DNA of 64,000 nucleotides from Eledone cirrhosa (Eukaryota): the NCBI GenBank assembly GCA_964016885.1, contig OZ024754.1, positions 11,780,001-11,844,000 of the forward strand, in the 5' to 3' direction. Positions 39,401 through 50,329 of the stretch are shown in pieces (positions within the stretch are counted from its first letter, which is position 1; every line of letters starts with the position of its first letter). Position numbers and translations under genes: made by a program. The notes beneath the pieces were generated by a model. The model was not told where the DNA came from. It did not search any database and saw only the letters and a program-made list of their open reading frames with translations.

Positions 39401-42400
39401 GGTGGTCATGCTGGTGCTATGACAAAAAAAAACCACCATTCCTGGTCATGACAAAACAAAAAGCAACCAATCTTGATTGAGGCCATGCTGGGGCACCATC
39501 TTAAAGGAATTTTGTTGATAATATCGACCTCAGTACTTATTTTATCGATCTCCATCTCTTTTTGTCGAACCACTAGGCTACATAGACTAAAACATAGATA
39601 CACATATAAACTCACATGCTAACATATACACACACACACACCAACATATACACGTCAACACACATATGCCAACATACGCGCATATACATAGACATATGAT
39701 GTGCTTCTGCACAGATATTGGGAATTTTTTAGTTGTGAACCCATGGTTGTTGTTGACTGTAGAGGGCAGGCACTCCATTATTGATGGCACTGCTAAACTA
39801 GTATTAAAATATAAAAAAAATTTTACTTACTCGTTTAGATTTTCTGTAGATATCAAAAACCACAAGTAGTGTAACTAGATAAATGGCAGCAAATATATAC
39901 TGTGCCAGGAGGATGTTAGTTCCTTTCTCTGTTATGTGATACAACCCTAAGAATATATAAACAAATCCAGCAGGATATCTGAAAGAGAGACCAACATTTC
40001 TCTGTTAACCCTTTAGCATTTACATTACTCTATATTTACTATTGTATTTTCATTGTAAAGGCTTTACCTCACGTACTTATCTCACATAATATCGAATCTA
40101 TGAGATTTTGATATTTATTTTGAGAACAATATCTTAACATAAGTATGAATGGCCAGTTACAGCCCATTTGAACAGAAAGAGGTGAGAGAATTCTGGCCGG
40201 ATATGGCTGGTTTAAATGCTAAAGGGTTAAACTCCAAAGAAGATAAGAATCGATACATCATGACACACTAAAGACCAGAGATGTTAATGGATTTTGATAT
40301 CAAACTGTCTGAAACTGCACATGGTTCTATGATACAAGATGGTCTGTTTTAAATATTAATATAAAAACTTGCCACTATAAATTTATTTAAGAACCTTTGT
40401 TAAGTTATTTTCCTGATACATACTTTGCCTAGGGTCCTATAAGTCTGCTAAGACTGCCCTGGGCTAAACAGCAATAAAAACAATTGAATAGATAAAAAGA
40501 AATCTTGTTATTGAAACAAATCAATACGGTCTCCAAGAAACTATAGTAATAAAGAACTTACACAAGAGGTCCAGTGTCACCTTTTAATTTTATATAATCA
40601 TATGTCCCATTTGCAACGCCTTCAACTTCTTGCATATATGCTCGCCAGTCAATTTCTGTGTCTGAAGTAAATTTAAAAAATAATAATTTGAATAATTTTT
40701 CCAACATCATAAGTATGCAGTAATAGCAAGCATTTTAATCCAACCCAAACCAGCTCTGGTTCTATGAAACAAAATCACCCATTTTAAAGGGTCCCTATTT
40801 AAATTCAAATTTTCCAATCTAATTTTATACAAGAACCATGTTAAATTACTATTTTAGAAATGAAATAATTAATAATTTTAGCAACTCCCTTTAAATTCTG
40901 GGGTCGATAAAATAAAGCATGAGAAAGTACTGGGACTGATATAGGTAATTAATGTTCTCCTTCTTCTTTGCCCACTTATTCCTGGGAGGACACAGGGTCA
41001 GACTCCTCAAGCATGCCTTCCAGAAGGTCCTGTCAGTAGCAATCTTCTCCAATTGATCCAGCTGGATCCCCAAGCGACACCATCCAAGCTCATGGATATT
41101 ATCCAACCATCTTGCCTAGGGTCTACTCCTGAGGTCAAACGACTGTGTAGAGGAAAGGTCCCTAAATGGGCAGAAATCTGACTTTTGGGTAAAAATGAAA
41201 ATACATGAAATAATACAATTTATATATAATTAGTCTTTATTGTTTATACATCTTATATTGTTTAATGCTTTATTTACTAATTTATTTTTGTACACGTATG
41301 GGGCCGATTAGGGGTCAAGGATTCTCTGAAAAGGGGCGATGGTAAAGAAAAGTTTAAGAATCACTGATATATACATATTTGCAAAGTGAAAGAGCTGTTG
41401 TACTTTGATTTTCATTTTTATATCTCCCTTCCCACAATAAATTAGACATTCTCGTCCAAATTCTTGGCTACTTAAATACTCTTTTGTATTTCTTAAAAAG
41501 GCTTGCGAAAAGAGAACCAAAAATACACTTTTGCGATAATTGTAAAGGCGCGTGGCTAAGTGGATTGGGTGTTTGGCTCACGTACATGACTTCAATTTCT
41601 TGCAGTGCGTTGCGTACTTGAGCAAAACACTTTATATCACGTTGCTCCAACCCACGCAGCTCTCAAAAATGAGTTGTACCTGTAATTCAAAGTGCCAACC
41701 TTGTCACGCTCTGTGTCAAATAAATCTCCTTGAGAACTTCATTAAAATACACACGTGAATAGAATGCTCAACCACTGGGACTTGCACGTCAACTTAACGA
41801 GCAGCTTGTCCCATTGTTCCAAAACAGCTGGAACACTTGGCCACAGAAATCCAACACATTGTGTCCTTTTATTGATTAAGCACTTAACTAATTTATTTAG
41901 GATTTTGTATATAATGGATTCGATAACTAGTGATTTATTTTACCACAAGTGTATTTGAAACAATGCTGTGATACACCGGCACGAAGCATTGTGGCTTGGT
42001 TCTCCACTGTCTATAGCATCACTTATTTTGATATTATATAAAGGCCTAGATTAGAAAGCAACAAATTGAAAGAGTACACAAACTGGGCCGTATTAACCTG
42101 TCGCCGGTCCCTAGGCTTTTTTGCGTTTCGGGGCTCCCACGAACACTTCAATCCTTCACCCTACTACAGCAAACAAATAAAATAAAATTGATGAGCCACT
42201 AGGTTTCAGCCTACTCAATCTTATAAATAATACGGTCTTGCACACAAACCAAAATTATTAAAATATAAATTCCACAAAATCAAAACGGAGGAGGCAAGCA
42301 ACTTACATTTTATTCGGTTTATAATAAAGCAATTTACGACGATTTCCGCCAAAAAAAGACAAAACATGATCGGCAATGGGAAATATGGATCATAAAGGAT

Positions 42401-42466
42401 CCTTTCCATAAGAGCCGGCAGTCGAGACATGTGGGAACGGAGTTTCACCCATCGCGAGTGCAACAT
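33259..42466 (-). CDS. ALG3: Dol-P-Man:Man5GlcNAc2-PP-Dol alpha-1,3-mannosyltransferase, 9 coding exons, 427 aa
   Basis: Exons 42466-42307, 40661-40562, 39978-39831, 38567-38407, 37534-37414, 36573-36368, 36033-35972, 35287-35158, 33454-33259 total 1284 nt in frame; motifs [81 protein letters not shown]. Confidence 0.96.
33880..34660 (+). mobile_element. Cluster of four tandem CORE-type SINE copies
   Basis: gttcaaatcc.gc.gagg/aggttaactttg...aaataaagtac repeated at about 33955, 34150, 34345 and 34525. Confidence 0.8.
34728..35125. repeat. 48-bp minisatellite, ~8 copies
   Basis: Unit actaccttacagggtggactgggtgctttttgttgtagcaccagcatg. Confidence 0.95.
35158..35287 (-). CDS. ALG3: ALG3 exon 8
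   Basis: (Q)[42 protein letters not shown]; AC acceptor, GTAAGT donor. Confidence 0.94.
35288..35971 (-). other. ALG3: U12-type (minor spliceosome) AT-AC intron, ALG3 intron 7
   Basis: Donor ATATCCTTTT at 35971, branch site CCTTAAC at 35303-35297, acceptor CAC ending 35288; only this junction keeps the frame (GPN-Q-IILP). Confidence 0.92.
35570..35850 (+). mobile_element. tRNA-derived SINE inside the U12 intron
   Basis: gtagcctagtggtag (A-box), ggttcgactcc (B-box), ttcttgagctaaacacttcatttc. Confidence 0.75.
35972..36033 (-). CDS. ALG3: ALG3 exon 7
   Basis: ttcag|c [20 protein letters not shown] c|atatcctt; phases 2/1 fit the neighbouring exons. Confidence 0.88.
36368..36573 (-). CDS. ALG3: ALG3 exon 6
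   Basis: [42 protein letters not shown]...RWK. Confidence 0.95.
36870..37270 (-). mobile_element. RTE-like LINE fragment (second family)
   Basis: Reverse-complement homology to 50870-51295. Confidence 0.55.
37414..37534 (-). CDS. ALG3: ALG3 exon 5
   Basis: [40 protein letters not shown]. Confidence 0.95.
38407..38567 (-). CDS. ALG3: ALG3 exon 4
   Basis: [33 protein letters not shown]...WALGCLFY. Confidence 0.95.
38678..38851. mobile_element. Tigger/pogo-like MITE
   Basis: ta-cagtgaaatcccgttataatgaa ... ttcgttataacagaattttacctg-ta; imperfect TIRs with TA flanks. Confidence 0.65.
38909..39318 (+). mobile_element. RTE LINE 3' end
   Basis: [15 protein letters not shown]...WRHAV frame followed by the shared 3' UTR and (GAT)n tail. 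Confidence 0.8.
39831..39978 (-). CDS. ALG3: ALG3 exon 3
   Basis: [49 protein letters not shown]. Confidence 0.95.
40006..40230. mobile_element. Full-length Tc1/mariner-like MITE
   Basis: Perfect TIRs ttaaccctttagcattta / taaatgctaaagggttaa. Confidence 0.85.
40562..40661 (-). CDS. ALG3: ALG3 exon 2
   Basis: [34 protein letters not shown]. Confidence 0.96.
41545..41830 (+). mobile_element. tRNA-derived SINE (decayed)
   Basis: aggcgcgtggctaagtgg head, cttgagcaaaacactttat body. Confidence 0.6.
42307..42466 (-). CDS. ALG3: ALG3 exon 1
   Basis: [53 protein letters not shown] then t|gtaagt; choice of start codon (42466 versus downstream ATGs) uncertain. Confidence 0.88.
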
Positions 42467-42569
42467 GATGGTAAACTTTCGCAGAGAGAAGCACCAAAGT
42501 TAGAGGAAGAAAATTTAGCACCACCAAACGGACACAAACTGTAACTAAATGAAGAGGAGATAACTCTAA

Positions 42570-42760
42570 TTCAAGCTAACATGCTCTCAGCATTGCCACG
42601 AGTGATAGCGAGGCTAAGAAGCTGGAGTAACCAAGCACCCTGGCAAGAATCACCTCACGAGCCGCCAACAATGACAAGATCTTCGTTGTCAGCGGCCCAG
42701 TTCCCCACAAACGTCTCCATTGCCACAGGCTGGAAAGATAGTTTGCCTATAATCCCTAGT
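42570..42760 (-). mobile_element. CRE/RLE-clade non-LTR retrotransposon C-terminal fragment
   Basis: Minus frame GAWLLQLLSLAITRGNAESML resembles the FQRLSIAIxRGNA terminus of CRE-type elements. Confidence 0.55.
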
Positions 42761-43109
42761 ATTTTAAAATATTATTCCGTTCGGCTACGGAAACAGCATC
42801 CAGGATGTGGGAAGGAACAAAAAGAGTTGCTGATTGTGGGGGTCCCAAATGAGATACCTACCCCAGGGGCAAAGCGTAAAGCCATCTTGCTTCTTCCCAT
42901 CAATCCTAAAAAAATATTAGAGGGAAGCTCCTGCGCCCCTTGTATAATTGAGTGTATGGATTTTCTTTCTCACTTTCGTCTTTATTATTAACCCCACCTC
43001 CTTCTTTTTAGTATTATATATAGGTATATATCTGCATAATCTTCTACTTATTCAATAAGCCGAATTCATCACATAGCAATGAAATCCATTAGGACAACTT
43101 GTTTAAAAC

Positions 43110-43340
43110 TATATTTTTTTCCAGCTTATGACGTTTGGAAGAGCTGTGCCGTTGACAGCGAAGTTCTTGTCACAGTTAGCGGCTTGCCTTACCGAGTAAT
43201 CTTCTGAATGTCTATAGATTTCAGTGCAGGTGATACTCGTGAGGGTGCTTGGTTGTTCCAACGTCGTAGCATTGCCATCACCTGCGGTAATGCTGCTAGC
43301 ATGTTGGCTTGCCTCAAAAAGTATTAGAGGGAGGTTCCGA
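43110..43340 (+). mobile_element. CRE/RLE-clade non-LTR retrotransposon C-terminal fragment
   Basis: Frame TREGAWLFQRRSIAITCGNAASMLACLKKY*. Confidence 0.6.
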
Positions 43341-44204
43341 CGCCCCTTGTGTTGTGTGACCGATTGACACAGTGTTGAATTGATATTTCTTTTCGCTTAG
43401 ATTGTATATTTTTGTGTGTTATATTTATAAGGTTCCGTGAATTCTATTTTTTTCAATGGATGAATAAATATAACTGTAATACTTCGTTTTAAGATTATAG
43501 ACTTTCGGCAATATTCGTAAATATTCACCGTTGATCCAATACACATAAACATAATATGTACCACAGGGGGTAACAGTGGTAGTAGTGGTCTGTATATTAT
43601 TCTCAGTTTTATTTAAACAATTCTGTTATGTTTCCCCTTCTGTCGGATCCCATGTTCTGTTAACAGCGACAAGAAAAGTATTGATAGAAAACCGATAGAG
43701 ATGTTCAAAGCAATAACTACTATCGATCTATCCACACGTGATCATTTTCTGTGAAATGTTACCTCTTGTTGACAACATTTATTTATATTTCATATATATA
43801 TATATGTTGTCAGGAGAATATTTATATTTAAAGATAGCCCACGGATCGAACATGTCTTCAGACTCAACTATTGCCCTGTTTTAGAAATACATCATCCAAT
43901 GTGTCTTTGTTTTTTCAGGATAGTAGAATGTAATGTGATGTGAATTTGGCTGTTATTTTTAACAACGACGTCGACTTGATATAGGACAACGGACAATAAA
44001 ATACATGTAGTGATCCCTAGTGGTTAAAAATGTCATCACAACAAAATATACTCAAGGAAGGTAACTCTAGCAACTACGATTTCTTCAAGCAATTTGGCTG
44101 TTATTTCTAACAGAAAAAGGCAACTTGTTATAGGATAACGGCTAATAAAATACATGTAGTGATTTCTAATGGTTAATTTGATTCCTAACTACGGAAACAA
44201 AAAT

Positions 44205-44330
44205 GTTTTGCGACATTTTCTTTCGTACGCTGAAAACACCGGTTCTTGTCTGATCACCGAAGTTAAGCAACGTCGGGTCTAGTTAGTTTTTAAATGGGTG
44301 ACCACTTGGGAAACCTAGGTGCTGTAAACA
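44205..44330 (+). pseudogene. 5S rRNA pseudogene (degenerate 5' end, mutated box C)
   Basis: acgctgaaaacaccggttcttgtctgatcaccgaagttaagcaacgtcgggtctagttagt...atgggtgaccacttgggaaacctaggtgctgtaaac follows invertebrate 5S rRNA almost base for base from about nt 16 to the 3' end; single copy with several substitutions. Confidence 0.85.
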
Positions 44331-44336
44331 TTTCTT

Positions 44337-44378
44337 TTGTAGTGCATCTGAGCACTGTACACAATAATTTCATTATAT
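44337..44378 (+). mobile_element. CR1-type LINE extreme 3' tail fused to the 5S copy
   Basis: ttgtagtgcatctgagcactgtacacaataatttcattat matches 49996-50037. Confidence 0.8.
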
Positions 44379-44863
44379 ATTATCATTCATACTATTATCA
44401 TCTAATGTAATTTTTACCAATTTTCTTTGATATTAATTCACTATTTTAATCATATTTGCTTTCATAATAAATCATTCGAAATTACAAAATATAGCTGTAA
44501 ATAATCTTCGATAATAAAGATTTGCAATTAAGCAAATACTAAATATAAAAACTTTGGAAAGAAGGAACAAATATTTTTCTACGAGTTAGCATTTAGCACC
44601 ACCAGGCGGTTACACAGTAACTAATTTCAAGTAAAGGGGAGGTAATTCTAATTCATTACATAGCAACGGAACCCATTACTATATCTTTTTAAAAGGAATA
44701 AATAATATTTATGAATAAATCTGTAAATAATAAAGATTTGTCACTTCGTGAATCTCACCAAATATGAGTTTCCAGTATTTATGAAATATAATTTTACTAA
44801 GTTAATTAACCAGCTTTGCTGTAGTTTGATGACTACGTAGTTAACGAGATTTGTTAAGTAAGA

Positions 44864-44872
44864 GCCACGTCA
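44864..44872 (-). promoter_or_regulatory. UPRE/CREB3-XBP1-type site TGACGTGGC
   Basis: gccacgtca about 380 bp upstream of the CREB3-like ATG. Confidence 0.4.
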
Positions 44873-45252
44873 TCGTAGATCCTGCTGACAGCTACTTGCT
44901 GATGTGTCAGTTAACTTTTACTTGTCAACATTGTCAGTCTATCTTCTTCACAACAACCTTTCACAATGAAACATCATATACAATGAATTCAGAAATAGTA
45001 AACATTTGCTAGATTTACAATGGTACTCGTACGTAAACGCTCTCTCTTGCCAAAACTAAACAGATTTCAAAATACTTCGTAGCGCAAACATCCATACAAG
45101 AAAAAACAAAACATAAACTTCATTTCCTCCAGATTTTTTTGTTTACCGTTAATATAAACATTGTTTATTCCCACGACTATAGATAGTTTATCTGTCAGTT
45201 TATGTGACTACAGTTTTTTTTTGGCTTACTGGCTATCATATACTGCCACAAG

Positions 45253-45351
45253 ATGAACGAAGCGCCAGAAAACGAACGACTTTTAGATATGTTATTTAAT
45301 ACGACCGACGGAATTCTTAAAGATGAACATCCTTTCGATATGATGGATTGG
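45253..45351 (+). CDS. CREB3/CREB3-like (Luman/CREB-H family) ER-anchored bZIP factor, probable first coding exon
   Basis: MNEAPENERLLDMLFNTTDGILKDEHPFDMMDW then GTGAGT donor; resembles the LLDLLFDRQDGIL motif at the N-terminus of CREB3L3-type proteins; no further exon recognised in the window. Confidence 0.65.
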
Positions 45352-45729
45352 GTGAGTAACTAACTGATTACTCTTTTGTCGAACTGTTTGTTAACTGTAT
45401 GGACATTGTTTTACAAAGTAGCTAATGTTTTATTTGAGCCGATCTGATATAGTTTCATTTAGCCGAGATGTTGCATCATCCAGCTTAGTCATGTAAAATT
45501 ATCGTCACCAAGACACGATGCTTCCCGACTGTCATCAACGTTTGTCATCATGTTTCTTTAACATTTTTTCGTTTTGTTTTAATAGTGTCACTAAAGATTA
45601 GTACCATATTTAGTTTGATCTCTGTTTCGCCATTTTATCTCACGTTTTCAACCATGTGAACATGATGTTATTGTTTAGATTTCAGTCGTGTATCCGAGAC
45701 CGTGTTATTCATAAGGCTGACAAGGCTGA

Positions 45730-46195
45730 AGCCTGGCATCCCCTACAGGGCTATAGAACTGTTATGTCTTATTTATTTTTGCTGTGGTGGATTAAAAGAT
45801 TGAAATGTCAGTGGAGGCTCCGGTTGATAGTACCCGGAAACGAACCCATATCAAGGGTTACACTTACCCCCTTGACTTCGAGACGCAAGGTTAGTTTTTC
45901 GGTCTATGTTGCGAAGGGATGAGGGATGGTGCGCGAGGCTAGCAACCTTACCTCCATTAATAAAAAATTGTTTCAGAAACGACCAACAAATCTTTGATAC
46001 TTGGCCATGTGCCACGTTACGTCCACGAATAACCAGTGGGGGCACAAGACAGACTCGTCAAGACATTGTTCAGATCTGTGGAGGAAACCCTAGCAAACAT
46101 GGGCTTGATCTGGGAGCTTGCAACCGTATGAAATGGAGATCTGTGGTCGCCAAGGCTCCATAAGGGGCTAAAGAAATGGAGATGAGTATGAGGAT
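45730..46195 (+). mobile_element. Internally deleted RTE-like element
   Basis: gggatggtgcgcgaggctagcaaccttacctcc resembles RTE 5' UTRs; downstream frame ...ACNRMKWRSVV resembles an RTE C-terminus. Confidence 0.4.
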
Positions 46196-47615
46196 GGCAT
46201 CAATAAATAGAGTATTTTCCGTTTGACTCTCTTAATAGAAAAATTATTAATGGTATTTATATTTAAACTTAAACGATGTAGTCAAAGTACTCCCTAAAAA
46301 AGTGACACCCAAATTTCCAATAATAAACATTGATACAACGGCACTAGGCAGATGGATGTTTTAAGTTGTTTACATTTAAGATTATTATATCACTTCCGTT
46401 TGGGCGACCTTTCCCCAGTGGTAGATTAATTATAAATAATGAAATCGACATTTTAGTTTATCAGTTCAAAACAATATTTTAGTTATTCTCGAAATACGAA
46501 AGATCGCTTGTATACACACATATATATCTTATCTCCCCCCCCCCCCTCTCTCACTCACTCAATCTCTCTCTCTCTCTATATATATATCAAGAAAAAGAGA
46601 GAGAGAGGTGTATATGGACCCATATACATCATATTTATATATATTTATGTATAATAAACAAGCATATAGTCTCGCCGCATTTTAAGCTATGATGTTATAT
46701 GTGTAAACATATTGCACCATGCTATGTATATTATAATAATAATAATGAAAATATTGTGTACCGTGCTCAGGTGCACTACAACTCATCAAAAGTGTATGTA
46801 TAGTACATATGGTAATGTACAAACGTCAGGAAAATGAACAGTGCATATTTCGGGAAAATTTATAGAAAAACATCTCTCTCAATTTCGGTGGGAAATACCC
46901 CCCCCCCCTCCCTCCCTGTGTGCTATCAACTAATCTGGCCTCCAAACAATTGACTTTTTCCCACGGAAAACGGGGATGTTAGCGGGGGCGAGGACCTTCG
47001 GACTTTCTCTACAAGCCGGAGTTTTCATTACCATTTTTTCGTGTTATCAACGAAGCTGACCTCCAAATCAATCGGAAACGACTAACTTTGTAGAAAAAGG
47101 AGAGGGAAAGGGGATAAGTTTCGGAAATCTACATATATTTCGCGTTTGGTGGTAAATTATTTTTCGCATGTTATCGACGAATCTGACCTCCAAATACGCT
47201 AACACTTACCCTAACCCATAAACTTAACTCTAAGACCAGGGGTGTTCAAGTCCCGACACGTCTTGTTTGTTTGTTTATTGAAGTAGTATGAATATAGTCT
47301 CAGATTATCCAGTGTGTCCTCCTTTTAAGACAGTGAGACTCGGCTGTTATTACTGACTCTCTAGAGACCCTTCCATTAGCTCATCCATGTGTAACGTCTG
47401 GCGTGATTGTTGAGTTTTGTAAGACAAGTGGAGCATGAAAAGAAATACTTTAAAGCTGTCTGTCTATTGTTTAGTTTTATAGCTGAATACTTTCATGTTT
47501 GACTATTAAATAATATCAGCACACCGTAAGTTATACACTCCAGTATAATAGAAATATGAGATAATTATTTAGAAATAATACGTATACACCTTTTACTGTA
47601 AACGGCCCATCTTCC

Positions 47616-47826
47616 TTAACCCTTTAGCATTAAACCGACCATATTCGGCCAGAATTCTCTCACCTCTTTCTGTTCAAACCGGCTATAATAGGCCGCTCAT
47701 ACCAATGTTAAGGTATTGTTCTCAAAATAAATAACATCAAAATCTCGTAGCTTCAGTATTGTGAGATGAAGCTTCTACCCTGAAAATACAATAGTAAATA
47801 TAGAGTAATAAATGCTAAAGGACTAA
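47616..47826. mobile_element. Tc1/mariner-like MITE
   Basis: ttaaccctttagcatt...aatgctaaaggg; same family as 40006-40230, opposite orientation. Confidence 0.8.
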
Positions 47827-47916
47827 GTATGAGGTGATGTTCCACATGAAGGTGCTTGACTATTCTAACGTCTTGGTCCTGCTATCACCAGTGGTAATGC
47901 TATGAGAGTATTTCCT

Positions 47917-48725
47917 GTAGTAGTTGAGTGTACACATCTTGTGTTATTGTAGTGTGTAGTTGAGTGTACACGTATTATTGTAGCGTGTAGTTGAGTGTAC
48001 ACGTATTATGGTAGTGTGTAGTTGAGTGTACACGTATTATGGTAGTGTGTAGTTGAGTGTACACGTATTATTGTAGCGTGTAGTTGAGTGTACACGTATT
48101 ATTGTAGTGTGTAGTTGAGTGTACACGTATTATTGTAGTGTGTAGTTGAGTGTACACGTATTATTGTAGCGTGTAGTTGAGTGTACACGTCTTGTGTTAT
48201 TGTAGTGTGTAGTTGAGTGTACACGTATTATTGTAGCGTGTAGTTGAGTGTACATGTATTATTGTAGTGTATAGTTGAGTGTACACGTATTATTGTAGCG
48301 TGTAGTTGAGTGTACACGTATTATGGTAGTGTGTAGTTGAGTGTACACGTATTATTGTAGCGTGTAGTTGAGTGTACACGTATTATTGTAGTGTGTAGTT
48401 GAGTGTACATGTATTATTGTAGCGTGTAGTTGAGTGTACACGTATTATTGTAGTGTGTAGTTGAGTGTACACGTATTATTGTAGTGTGTAGTTGAGTGTA
48501 CACGTCTTGTGTTATTGTAGTGTGTAGTTGAGTGTACACGTATTATTGTAGCGTGTAGTTGAGTGTACACGTATTATTGTAGCGTGTAGTTGAGTGTACA
48601 CGTATTATTGTAGTGTGTAGTTGAGTGTACACGTATTATGGTAGTGTGTAGTTGAGTGTACACGTATTATGGTAGTGTGTAGTTGAGTGTACACGTATTA
48701 TGGTAGTGTGTAGTTGAGTGTACAC
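47917..48725. repeat. 31-bp minisatellite, ~25 copies with occasional 36-bp variants
   Basis: Unit gtagttgagtgtacacgtattattgtagtgt. Confidence 0.95.
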
Positions 48726-49323
48726 TCTTCTCTCACCTTTCCTTCATTCTGGCTTTAGATTTTATTGATTTGTTTCTTTTCTAAATTATAAAGATTGTTA
48801 GTCTTACTGAAGTATCAAACGATGCTCCTCATGTGGGTGCTTGGCTATTCTAGTGCCTTAGCCATGCTATCATCTGTAAGAGCCTTAGCTTGCCTCCTGA
48901 GTATTTTCTTTTAGAAGGGAACACCAATGTTCCCTGTTGTAATGTGTAATTGAGGGGCATGCTATCACTTGTAGTAATGCTGTGAGTCTTAGCTTACCTC
49001 AAACAATTTTTAAAAGGCACCACTAACATTCCCTGTAGTGTGTAATTGAGTGTATATGTTTTCTCCCTTTTTTTTTATTATCATTTATTTGACCCTTTTG
49101 TAAATCATAATAACACCTTCATTTCTTTGATTGATTTTTTTTCTTTTGTAAATCATATCTAGAAGATTTAGGCATAAGGCCAACAATTTTTGGAGAAGGG
49201 GAATGTTGATTAAATTGACCCCAGTGTGATACAGGTACTATATTTTATCAACCCCATATGGATGAAAGGTAAAGCCAACTTCAGCGGGATATGAACTCAA
49301 AACATAAAGGGCCGTAATTATAT

Positions 49324-50040
49324 ATGGAAACTGTTCAGAGACGTGCAACCAAGCGAATACCCTCCATCAGGCATCTACCATACTCTGAACGCCTTGCTTC
49401 CCTGGGCATGGATACATTGAAGCTCCGACATCTGGCAACTGATTTGGTAAACACCCACAAAATTATTAACCATCTTGCCAACAGCAACCCTGAGTACCTT
49501 TTTGATTTCCATGTGTCTAATACACGTGGACATGACATGCCCACAAAGTCAGAAAACAGCACAGCTCCCATGACTTTCGAAAACATTTTTTCACGGTCAG
49601 AGTTGCTGAAGCATGGAACAAACTACCTGCATCAGTTATTAGCTGTCGAGACACAGCACCCTTTAAAACCTCCACGGAACAAACTACCTGCATCAGTTGT
49701 TAGCTGTCGAGACACTGCATCCTTTAAAACCTCCACGGAACAAACTACCTGCATCAGTTGTTAGCTGTCGAGACACTGCATCCTTTAAAACCTCCACGGA
49801 ACAAACTACCTGCATCAGTTGTTAGCTGTCGAGACACTGCATCCTTTAAAACCTCCATGCTTCTCGAGATTCGCCAACACTACACCTAATGTTCCCCTCC
49901 ATACACATACACACATGTATATCATGACTCATACACTATTCACTTCCCTGACATTTGTATATTATTCTATGTACTATACATACACCTTTGACGAGTTGTA
50001 GTGCACCTGAGCACTTTACACAATAATTTCATTATTATTA
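49324..50040 (+). mobile_element. CR1-type LINE 3' fragment with a 61-bp internal segment repeated four times
   Basis: ETVQRRATKRIPSIRHLPYSERLASLGMDTLKLR...TRGH...FFTVRVAEAWNKLP; (TTA)n tail. Confidence 0.9.
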
Positions 50041-50329
50041 TTTTTTTATATATGTTGCAAAGCAGGTTACCAGTGCTCTACTGATACTACTAATTCACCA
50101 CCCTCCCATATCTATAATAAAGTCTATATACACTAATATTCATCTCCGTTAATTATATTATAAGTGTATAGTTATATCTGAAGATGGTAAGTTGACAAAG
50201 ATTTATAATAATGTATAGTTTAAGCTGTGGTTGTATAAAAATATAATAATATAATGCTTACAGAATGAAAACACAAACAAATATAATATATACAAATATA
50301 ACGCATAAAAGAAAGATAAAAAGAAAGCA

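Noticed and set aside
42581-42991. 136-aa plus-strand ORF upstream of ALG3
   Set aside because: Antisense reading of a CRE-like retrotransposon fragment; no recognisable domain
44205-44330. Functional 5S rRNA gene
   Set aside because: Disrupted 5' end, substitutions in the internal control region, single copy and a LINE tail indicate a retropseudogene
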